DNA from: a virus
Direction: 5' to 3' (one strand)
Virus record (IMG/VR): IMGVR_UViG_3300017917_001112
Coordinates: 1 to 64,000 of that record
DNA: 64,000 nucleotides
A program made the translations under genes and the position numbers. Below the pieces are notes generated by a model that made no database searches, was not told where the DNA came from, and saw nothing but the letters and a program-made list of their open reading frames with translations. This document shows, piece by piece, positions 22,886-31,102 of the stretch (its first letter is position 1; each line of letters opens with the position of its first letter).

Positions 22886-24541
22886 TTACGCTGTTGGATA
22901 ATATCTTCTATCTAGGTATTTCTGATAAGTGGTATCTGTATTCTTGGTGTCTTTTGGACCTTGTTGTGTCGTAGTATTATTTACTACGTTTGTCACTGGG
23001 GCATTTACACTAGTGTTATTCGCTGTTGATTGCGAATTGACTGCTGCCTGCGCATCTTCAACACCACGTCTGCGGAGTTTAATTTCTCCTGCTTGAGATG
23101 GTGGAATTGGTTCTGGGGCTGGAGCAGTAGATGGTTTATCAGAAACCTTTACCATTCCAGACTTAGGTTGTAGATTTTTTTCTTGTAGATATCTTTTGTC
23201 TGCAAATTTTTCTGCCATTGAACGATTATTGCCTGACAGTTTTAATTCTTCTTGGAAAATTTTCTGATAAAGTGGATCTTTTGCTTTTACTTCAGGATCA
23301 ACTGACTGTCCTTGAGATGTGCTTTCTGTGCTAATTGGTGCTGCTTGAGCTGCTGCTGGTGCTGCCATATCCCCACCAGTTCCTGTTACTGCTTGATAAC
23401 CAGATACTGCTCCACCACCTGCTTTTTTACCTAACCATTTACCACCAATATAACCTGCTGCTCCACCAAGTAGACCACCAACAGCCATTCCGATTGGACC
23501 ACCGAATGCGCCAAGCATAGCACCTGCTTTTGCACCAGCGAGAGCACCACCAGCAGCACCTACGCCACCACCTACTGCTTCACCTTTTTTAACTTGTCCT
23601 TGTTCTTTTGTAATTTCTCCAGCATCAACTTGTCTTTGTGCCTCAGAGTAATCACCATATGCATCAGCTGCAGCTGTTCCTACTGCTAGTATACCACCAC
23701 CAACTTTTGCAACTGTACCAAGTTTACCAGCCATTCCTGCTAGTTTGCCCACTTTTCCTGCAGTTCCTGCTGCTTTACCACCACGTCCGAGCAGGTCAGC
23801 AGCACCACTAAGTAAGCCACCTCCACCACCTCCACCAACACCATTTTCCGCAATGGTTTTCAATGCTTCAAGCATCTCTTCAGTGCGTTTATCCATTTTC
23901 TTAAAATGGTCATCGGTAATTGTATAAAGAGCAGTAATATCTTCTTGTTCTTTTTTCTGTACCTCGAAATGTTCAGTCGCAACTTCTGCTGCTTCCATTT
24001 CCTTTTCAGCAGATTGTATTTGATTTAAACTTTGATCAGCGGAACCTTCTTGTTTGTCGCCTGTTCTTGGATCTAAATTCTTAATCGCATCAACAAGTTC
24101 TTTTTGTTTCGCAAGATTTTCTTCGCTTACTTTATAACCTGCTTCTCGAATTCTTGCTTCTTCTTCTTGAAGTCGTTTCAATTCTTCACGTTTAGATGTA
24201 ATTTCTTCAAACAATGAATCAGCAATTTGACGAGAGGTGTCTGCTGATAATGTTTTTCCTGCTTCTGAATATTGCTGAAAGTCGCCAATAAATTTTTCTT
24301 TATCTTGACGACGTTGCTCTTTTGCTTCTGATTTGTCTTTATATGCCTTAGCAATGCCTGTTAGACCCAAACTTTCGAAAAAAGATGAACCAGTTAAACC
24401 AGCACCTTGTTTGCCACCTGTTACGGATGTTCTTCCTCTCTCGTAGTTAGATTTGATACTATCTGCGAGGTCTCCTGCAAACTGTCTAAGTTTTAAGTTT
24501 CCAGGTTGGTATTCTTCTAGTTTGTCTAACACTAATCTCAT
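22886..24541 (-). CDS. baseplate hub / tape-measure-like protein (gp29-like)
   Basis: position after gp26-gp51; Gly/Ala-rich GGAAG segment; C-terminal NAPVTNVVNN. Confidence 0.55.
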   Translation of the reverse strand: MRLVLDKLEEYQPGNLKLRQFAGDLADSIKSNYERGRTSVTGGKQGAGLTGSSFFESLGLTGIAKAYKDKSEAKEQRRQDKEKFIGDFQQYSEAGKTLSADTSRQIADSLFEEITSKREELKRLQEEEARIREAGYKVSEENLAKQKELVDAIKNLDPRTGDKQEGSADQSLNQIQSAEKEMEAAEVATEHFEVQKKEQEDITALYTITDDHFKKMDKRTEEMLEALKTIAENGVGGGGGGGLLSGAADLLGRGGKAAGTAGKVGKLAGMAGKLGTVAKVGGGILAVGTAAADAYGDYSEAQRQVDAGEITKEQGQVKKGEAVGGGVGAAGGALAGAKAGAMLGAFGGPIGMAVGGLLGGAAGYIGGKWLGKKAGGGAVSGYQAVTGTGGDMAAPAAAQAAPISTESTSQGQSVDPEVKAKDPLYQKIFQEELKLSGNNRSMAEKFADKRYLQEKNLQPKSGMVKVSDKPSTAPAPEPIPPSQAGEIKLRRRGVEDAQAAVNSQSTANNTSVNAPVTNVVNNTTTQQGPKDTKNTDTTYQKYLDRRYYPTA

Positions 24542-24723
24542 TTGTTAATTCTCTCTTGTAATCTTTGTCGTTCTTCTTCTAGATGTTGTAACAACATCGA
24601 GACATATATCTCCCTCTCAAATGGCATCATATTCTCTAGTTCCTCAAGCGAGTATTTATGATGCTGAACTAAACCGAAATTTATTTGATAATGATTAAAC
24701 AAGTTTTCATGACTAAGGCACAT
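24538..24723 (-). CDS. gp51: baseplate hub assembly catalyst gp51
   Basis: NFGLVQHHKYSLEELENMMPFEREIYV. Confidence 0.92.
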   Translation of the reverse strand: MCLSHENLFNHYQINFGLVQHHKYSLEELENMMPFEREIYVSMLLQHLEEERQRLQERINK

Positions 24724-25433
24724 TAAAAAAAACTGTCAATTCCTTCAATGATATATTCATTATGAGTGTCACATTTAGAACATTTGTATTCAATTTTTTG
24801 TTGTAAACGTGGTGTGGTTTCAAAAAACTTTTTAATTTTATCAGTAGGTGCTCTCGGCAGTCCCTCAACGAATTTAATCAAATCTTGTTTTTTCTGTTCT
24901 TTTGCAGGATAAACTGATTCTTTATCATAAATGTAATCAATACAATTTACAATAAGTTCCAAAATTTGATCAGGATTTGATATATCTAATTTGGAAATAT
25001 CTTTTAGAATGGAAGCATTCGCATACTTCATAACTACACCAACATCATCAAACAAATCGATCTTATTACTATGACCTTCTGGCTTAATCACTTCTGGTTC
25101 AATCTTAAAAGATATCTTTGTTTTTTCTTTACATTCATCATTCTTACATGTAAAAATCAATTCAACCTCTTCACCAACTGATTTAGAACGCAACTGAGTA
25201 AACATATATTCTAAATCAAAAATGGCAAGATCATCAACATTAATTTCTTTATCTAAAATACAATCAGCAATAACTGTTTTTAGAGTATCAATCATATTTA
25301 ATTCTTCTTCGCTTTGTTGCGCAAGAAGAAGGTTTTTCTCATCCTTAACAAGAAATGGTCTATATTTAATTTGCTTTCCAGTAGAAGGCAAAGTAGTTGT
25401 ATAGACAGGATGTTTATACATTGGTAATGTCAT
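24723..25433 (-). CDS. gp26: baseplate hub subunit gp26
   Basis: LPSTGKQIKYRPFLVKDEK, FDLEYMFTQLRSKSVGE, CxxxxC/CxxC, ends EGIDSFF. Confidence 0.92.
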   Translation of the reverse strand: MTLPMYKHPVYTTTLPSTGKQIKYRPFLVKDEKNLLLAQQSEEELNMIDTLKTVIADCILDKEINVDDLAIFDLEYMFTQLRSKSVGEEVELIFTCKNDECKEKTKISFKIEPEVIKPEGHSNKIDLFDDVGVVMKYANASILKDISKLDISNPDQILELIVNCIDYIYDKESVYPAKEQKKQDLIKFVEGLPRAPTDKIKKFFETTPRLQQKIEYKCSKCDTHNEYIIEGIDSFF

Positions 25434-25435
25434 TA

Positions 25436-25867
25436 TTATTCCCCTTTAGACATATTACTAATTAACTTATTCAACTCAGCTGTACTTCCAACAAATATTG
25501 CATTGTTGTTTGTTACATTTTTCTTAGGAGATGAACCATCTTTTGTTTCTTCTAAATTCTGTTTCTGTTTATGAAGATCCATGAGTTGTTGATTCACATC
25601 AGCAAGTTGTTTAATTAAAGTGCCAACAACTTCAAAGGCACGTGGATGCTCAGAGGCTTTGGCAACCTCAAGAGCACCCATCAAAGCATCTTCCCCTTGT
25701 AACAGAAGAAGATGTAGATTCTTTCTTGTCTGATCGAAGTCAGACTCAACTTTTTCAGTAGGTGTTTCAACAACATCATCTTTAATTACAAGATTTGTTG
25801 TTACACCTACTTTTTCATTTTCAACTTCAATGTCAAAAACTTTACTCAATTCTTTATCAATCTTCAA
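25436..25867 (-). CDS. gp16: terminase small subunit gp16
   Basis: SEHPRAFEV...NNNAIFVGSTAEL. Confidence 0.9.
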   Translation of the reverse strand: MKIDKELSKVFDIEVENEKVGVTTNLVIKDDVVETPTEKVESDFDQTRKNLHLLLLQGEDALMGALEVAKASEHPRAFEVVGTLIKQLADVNQQLMDLHKQKQNLEETKDGSSPKKNVTNNNAIFVGSTAELNKLISNMSKGE

Positions 25868-26279
25868 TTTTCATGCGTCCTTTAGGAACAACAGGAGCAT
25901 CATCAGGAATTTTAGCAGATGCCATTGGTGATGGTGTTACTGTTGGTGTTGGTGATAATGATGGCATACTTGAACTTATTGGAGATGGAGTTGGTGAACC
26001 TACTGATGTTGGAACAGTTGATGCTCCAGCAACTTTCTCTTGCGTTCTACCCCAAGCAGCAATACCTAATACAGCACCCATAGCCAAGTGAAATAAACCT
26101 GCACCCTGTAGTGTTAGAGGATTCCATTGTGTAACAGGTTGATGTAATACTGCTTGTAGAATTGACCAAGCTACTGGAAATAAAACCATGTCACAGAAAC
26201 ATACAACCATATACATCCATCCCATAGCAGGACGCCATTTCTTTTGCATCCAATCTTCTTTTGCCTTTTCTTCTGACAT
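25857..26279 (-). CDS. 3TM-type holin
   Basis: KWRPAMGW...W.PLTLQGAGLFHLAMGAVLGIAAWGRTQEK. Confidence 0.8.
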   Translation of the reverse strand: MSEEKAKEDWMQKKWRPAMGWMYMVVCFCDMVLFPVAWSILQAVLHQPVTQWNPLTLQGAGLFHLAMGAVLGIAAWGRTQEKVAGASTVPTSVGSPTPSPISSSMPSLSPTPTVTPSPMASAKIPDDAPVVPKGRMKIED

Positions 26280-26306
26280 AATTACCCTTTCTTTTTATTA
26301 TTGTTG

Positions 26307-26975
26307 TTATATGTCAAGTTCCATTAATGGCCAATCTAATGATGTGCCAGCTACATTAAATGATGTAATTCCACCATCAAGTAAATTTTGAAATGATGGT
26401 GATCCCATATTAAAATCAGGGATTGTTGCTTCTTGCCCATCACCACTGTCTACAACTAATGGTATCCAATATTTGTATTCTATTGTTACTGATAATTTTG
26501 TTATTTCTTTTGAACCAGCACTATAAGAAATTGGTGCTACTGTTTTAGGATATGCTTCATATAATCTTACAGCATATTTTGGTTTCTCTTGATCGCTCGC
26601 ATCTAGTTGATCAATTTCAATTGTTCCAACATAATCTTGATAATAAGTTATCATTCTGGAAACAGGATTTATAATGAGTTGTTGCCATTGGTCCCAAAAT
26701 CTTTTTATGTCCATTCTATTATCTAAGATCCATTCCATAGTAATTGGATCATATTGTCTATTATAAATTACTTCACGTTGTTCGCCATATGTTAATACTG
26801 GATTTGATACAAAATTTAATCCAGGCATAGATACACCTTGACAAAGAAGTCTTAGTTTTGTATCTGGCGCACCACCAACCATTGATTGTGGTGGTGTAAT
26901 TGTTACAAGATAACGATTGTCTCTTGCCAATCCTTCTGCTTTTACTTGTGATATAAACTCGTTAATTGATGCCAT
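26307..26975 (-). CDS. gp54: baseplate-tail tube junction protein gp54
   Basis: GLARDNRYLV, LCQGVSMPG, LYEAYP...LSVTIEYKYW; start MASINEF; adjacent to gp2. Confidence 0.8.
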   Translation of the reverse strand: MASINEFISQVKAEGLARDNRYLVTITPPQSMVGGAPDTKLRLLCQGVSMPGLNFVSNPVLTYGEQREVIYNRQYDPITMEWILDNRMDIKRFWDQWQQLIINPVSRMITYYQDYVGTIEIDQLDASDQEKPKYAVRLYEAYPKTVAPISYSAGSKEITKLSVTIEYKYWIPLVVDSGDGQEATIPDFNMGSPSFQNLLDGGITSFNVAGTSLDWPLMELDI

Positions 26976-27559
26976 TAGATTGCCCTCTTGGAGTCTCTCC
27001 AAACTGTGTCTTTGCTTGTTCCAACAAATCTTTCAACAGGAAGCAACATAGCAGTTACCCAATCATTTGGATTTATCTCAACGAATCTACTCATAACATG
27101 ATTATTCAAATACATTTTTACGCAAGGCTGTGCCGATGCGAATTTTGCGCTTCCAGCAATAAGTTGATATTTGAATCTTAATCTTGTTTGTTCTGTTAAA
27201 CCAGCTGTGGTTGAAAATTGTAATAATCTATCTAACAACCTTACACGCAAAAGTGGTGGTAGATAGTGAAAATTTAATCCATAAAATCCACCCTTCACTT
27301 TTCTAAATGGCAAAACTAGCGGAAATCTATCATAGTATGGAAGCGTGTCTTTATGTTTTGGGTCATAGTAAAATAGATACATACTACCAGGAACCATTGT
27401 TGATGTTAGAGTTCCATCTCGCAAAACTTTTTGCGGTGTTGCTGTAGATAGTTTTTTGATCTGTGCGGTGAACCACTGTTGCGACCTTTTAGCAGCAGTC
27501 ATATCATATGCGCTATCGTTAAAGATAGATTCTAATTTACCAGTTGATTGTTTTTTCAT
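26975..27559 (-). CDS. gp2: DNA end protector gp2
   Basis: YDPKHKDTLPYYDRFPLV, GLNFHYLPP..R. Confidence 0.95.
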   Translation of the reverse strand: MKKQSTGKLESIFNDSAYDMTAAKRSQQWFTAQIKKLSTATPQKVLRDGTLTSTMVPGSMYLFYYDPKHKDTLPYYDRFPLVLPFRKVKGGFYGLNFHYLPPLLRVRLLDRLLQFSTTAGLTEQTRLRFKYQLIAGSAKFASAQPCVKMYLNNHVMSRFVEINPNDWVTAMLLPVERFVGTSKDTVWRDSKRAI

Positions 27560-27563
27560 TCAA

Positions 27564-28022
27564 TTATTTAGTCTTATACCAATTATTTGTTATACCAAGA
27601 TGTTTTTCAGTAAGAATTATAAATTCCCATCCTCTGTCATTGGCGTACTCTTTTGCAGCTTTCCACTTGGCTTCGTTTTTACCCCATGTTACAACTTCTT
27701 CTAAATACTTTTTGGTGACTCTTCTTTGTATTTCTGGTGGTTTTGTTTGAGTTTCTGGTTTTATTTCAATAAGATAAGTTTTTAATTTGCCAGTTTTTTC
27801 TTTGACCTGTACCTGAAAATCTACAAAGTAGCGATGCAGTTTGTTGTCGATTGGAGATAAATATGGAATGACAGTCTCCTCAGAACGCCACTTTGTTACA
27901 GTGGGTTTCTCATCTGCCCAAATCATAAAACGAAGTTCCCAACTGCTACGATATATTATGTTAGTTGGGTCTCCATCATATTTTTGAGGATTTTTCGGTC
28001 TAAATTTGCCTTTATGAAACAT
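27564..28022 (-). CDS. gp4: head completion nuclease gp4
   Basis: NPQKY.GDPTNIIYRSSWE, HRYFVDF, EIKP, NEAKWKAA. Confidence 0.95.
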   Translation of the reverse strand: MFHKGKFRPKNPQKYDGDPTNIIYRSSWELRFMIWADEKPTVTKWRSEETVIPYLSPIDNKLHRYFVDFQVQVKEKTGKLKTYLIEIKPETQTKPPEIQRRVTKKYLEEVVTWGKNEAKWKAAKEYANDRGWEFIILTEKHLGITNNWYKTK

Positions 28023-28066
28023 GAATAAATAATACTAAATAACAACCTTCTCTATTTAGGACCATC

Positions 28067-29290
28067 ATGGCAGGCACAAAACAAGCTCCTCAAACACCAA
28101 AAGTAACAAGAGAAACTTCACTTGACCGAAGCAAATATAATGTAGAAAATTTACACTATCCAATTGACTTATTCAGCAGTCAAGGTGGCGAAACTGGAAG
28201 ATCGGAAAATAGTTTTTACAATCAACCATATCTTAATTACGTTGTGTTTTACATTAATGTTTCTGAACAATCACGTGTGTTTTCAGAAGGAAAAATTGCT
28301 GTAGTTGGAGATGTTGACAAAACAGATCAAAACACTGTTCAAGGTAAACAAGTAAGTATGGGTGCTGCTACTGGTGCTGCAGCAACAGGTGGGGCTGCTC
28401 TTGGTGGTGTAACAGGAGCAGCAGCAGGAGCAACAAAAGGTGCTGGTGAAATTGGAACACAGGGTGGAACTGCTCGTTTCTTAAAAGGAACAATTGGCTC
28501 TGCTGCAGGTGGCGCAGTCGCAGGTGGTGCTGGTGCTGGCGCAGCAGTTGCATATGGAAAACTTTTAGAAAACACTCCAGGTCTTACTGGTTTAAAAGCG
28601 ACGCAAAAAATTAAACGTCTTAGAAATGCTATTGCCCTTCATGTACCAAACGAAGTAAACGTAGGTTACAGAGCGACATATGGCGAAGAAGAACTTGGTG
28701 CAATTTTTGGTGCAGCTGCTGAAGCAGGAACATCTACTGCTGGTGCTGCTAGTACTGGAGCAGCAGGTGCTGCTCTCAAAGGTCTTGAGATGAATCCTGC
28801 TAGAGGAATGTTATCTGCTTTGTATAAAGCAGCACCAAATCCAAGAAAAGAACAACTTTTTAAATCTATGGAATTTCGTAGATTTTCTTTTAACTATCAG
28901 TTTGCTCCTCGCTCACCACAAGAAGCAGCTAATGTAAAAAGAATTATCAATACATTTAAATTTTACATGCATCCAGAATTTCAAAACAATGTGAATAAAA
29001 TGCTTTATTTGTTTCCTTCTGAATTTGATATTGTTTATTATTTTGGGGATAAAGAACATCCTCATTTAAACAGAATTTCAACTTGTGTTCTTACTGATTT
29101 ACAAGTTAACTACTCACCAAACGGACAATTAGCTACACATCCTGATGGTTTCCCAACACAAATAAATGTGCAGATGCAGTTCTTAGAACTAGAGACATTG
29201 ACGAAAGAAAGATTCTTAGGTCAAGGTCCAGATGGAAAAGCGAACTTCAGCAATCAGAACTTTGCAGATGCCAACTTAGCGTCATTCTAA
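28067..29290 (+). CDS. gp48: baseplate tail tube cap gp48
   Basis: NPRKEQLFKSMEFRRFSFNYQFAPRS..EA, CVLTDLQVNYSP, FLELETLTK. Confidence 0.88.
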   Translation: MAGTKQAPQTPKVTRETSLDRSKYNVENLHYPIDLFSSQGGETGRSENSFYNQPYLNYVVFYINVSEQSRVFSEGKIAVVGDVDKTDQNTVQGKQVSMGAATGAAATGGAALGGVTGAAAGATKGAGEIGTQGGTARFLKGTIGSAAGGAVAGGAGAGAAVAYGKLLENTPGLTGLKATQKIKRLRNAIALHVPNEVNVGYRATYGEEELGAIFGAAAEAGTSTAGAASTGAAGAALKGLEMNPARGMLSALYKAAPNPRKEQLFKSMEFRRFSFNYQFAPRSPQEAANVKRIINTFKFYMHPEFQNNVNKMLYLFPSEFDIVYYFGDKEHPHLNRISTCVLTDLQVNYSPNGQLATHPDGFPTQINVQMQFLELETLTKERFLGQGPDGKANFSNQNFADANLASF

Positions 29291-29291
29291 C

Positions 29292-29810
29292 ATGTCATAC
29301 TTTAAAAATTTCCCAGTTGCTGTTATAGATTTTTCTGAATTTGGTGAAGAGCCAAAAGAATATTTAATATCAGACATAATTACAAATGTCAGAATTAAAA
29401 GTGAATTATTCAACAATTTAATATATTACGAAGAATATGATATTCGAGATGGTGAGAATCCAGAAATAATTTCTGAAAAATTTTATGGAACACCTTTTTA
29501 TCATTGGGTAATAATGTTAACAAACGAAAGATATGATTACATAAATGATTTTCCCCTATCACAAAAACAATTAGAAAATTTTATTGATGAAAAATATGGA
29601 GCAACAAAAGACAACATTAGACATTATGTTTCCACAGATGGTTATATTGTCATGTCAGATTATGTAAATGATAATGGTGTTGCCGATGCTACACCTGTGA
29701 CTAATTATGAATATGAGATTCAAACAAATGAAGATAAACGAAGAATAAAAATTATTCCACCAGATGTTCTTGGTGAAGTTTTACGACAGTTTAGAGAGAT
29801 TCTTAAGTAA
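29292..29810 (+). CDS. gp53: baseplate wedge subunit gp53
   Basis: YFKNFP, YDIRDGENPEIISEKFYG...HWVIML.N, NYEYE...NEDKRRIK. Confidence 0.93.
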   Translation: MSYFKNFPVAVIDFSEFGEEPKEYLISDIITNVRIKSELFNNLIYYEEYDIRDGENPEIISEKFYGTPFYHWVIMLTNERYDYINDFPLSQKQLENFIDEKYGATKDNIRHYVSTDGYIVMSDYVNDNGVADATPVTNYEYEIQTNEDKRRIKIIPPDVLGEVLRQFREILK

Positions 29811-31102
29811 TGAGTGATATTGAACAGATTAAATCTGCTGGTGATTATCAATTAGTTGATGTGAAAATTGGTTCCGCTAGAGGAACAATTTTTGATGTAT
29901 TTAATTTCGTGGTTGATATTAACATATATGAAGACATGTTTTCTCCAACTATGTCTGGTAACATCACATTAAATGATGCTCAAGATCTTATCAATTTAAT
30001 GCCAATGATTGGAGAAGAAAAACTTTTAATCACATTTAAAACTCCATCTATCGATGAGAAAGATGGTTTATATGAACAAGAGTTTTACATTTATAAAATG
30101 ACGGATAGAGAATACACAGCTGAGAGAGCTGTTCGCTATAAATTACATTTTATTTCATTTGAAACTGTTCGCGATTTAAATTCAAAAATAAGCAAAGGGT
30201 TTGCTGGAACAATTAGTACAGTTGTTGAACAAATTCTTACACAAGAATTGAGAACTACTAAAAAACTTAATATTGAGAAAACAAAAAACACAACAACATA
30301 TGTTTCTAATTTTTGGACACCATTTACCAATATTAGTTTTTTGTCGAAAAGATCTATATCGCAAGAAACTGAATCAGCGAATTTTATATTTTTCGAATCA
30401 AACAGAGGATTTAATTATGCGAGCATTGATACATTATTAACTCAGAATGCAAAAACCAAATACATTTATGATAACAACTCAAGAGATCCAAGTGGTGATG
30501 GTGGTGGTTCAGTAAGAGATATTGCAGAAACTTTGTCACGCATCAATTCTGTAAAAATTAATACTGGGTTTGATTATATGAATAGAATTCAATCTGGTAT
30601 GTATAAAAGTAGATTGATTACACATGAGATTGTTACAAAAACATATAATGTTCAAACATTAACATATGAAGATGAGTTTAAAAAACACAATCACCTGAAC
30701 AAATATCCTTTATCTACAGTAAATTTACCATCAAAAACATTTGCTTTCTTAGACGTTCAACCAAGAGCATTAGAAAATTTTAGTAATTTTAAATCAGATA
30801 AGATGAAATCTTGGTATTTAAAACATATTATGCAGATGTCTGAAGCGAATGCATATTATATGGATTTAACTGTTCCAGGAAGAAGCGATTTGTGTGTTGG
30901 TGATATTGTAGATGTTTATATGTATAGACCCACACCATTTAATCAGAAAGATCAAGAAGAACAATTACTTGATAAAACATTTTCTGGAAGATACATGATT
31001 GCTTCATTGTGTCATAACTTAAATAGAGAAAAGCATGAAATACATATGTCAGTAATTAAAGATTCCTTAATTATTGATTTACAGAAAGAAGGCACAGATT
31101 AA
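29810..31102 (+). CDS. baseplate hub protein (gp27-like)
   Basis: NIYEDMFSP.MSG, IGEEKL, FFES..GFN, VPG...VGD, SGRYMI; between gp53 and gp5. Confidence 0.7.
   Translation: MSDIEQIKSAGDYQLVDVKIGSARGTIFDVFNFVVDINIYEDMFSPTMSGNITLNDAQDLINLMPMIGEEKLLITFKTPSIDEKDGLYEQEFYIYKMTDREYTAERAVRYKLHFISFETVRDLNSKISKGFAGTISTVVEQILTQELRTTKKLNIEKTKNTTTYVSNFWTPFTNISFLSKRSISQETESANFIFFESNRGFNYASIDTLLTQNAKTKYIYDNNSRDPSGDGGGSVRDIAETLSRINSVKINTGFDYMNRIQSGMYKSRLITHEIVTKTYNVQTLTYEDEFKKHNHLNKYPLSTVNLPSKTFAFLDVQPRALENFSNFKSDKMKSWYLKHIMQMSEANAYYMDLTVPGRSDLCVGDIVDVYMYRPTPFNQKDQEEQLLDKTFSGRYMIASLCHNLNREKHEIHMSVIKDSLIIDLQKEGTD

Noticed and set aside
23330-28780. Gly/Ala-rich low-complexity tracts in the gp29-like and gp48 genes and their antisense Pro/Ala ORFs
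   Set aside because: Ordinary glycine-rich segments; the antisense ORFs are artefacts
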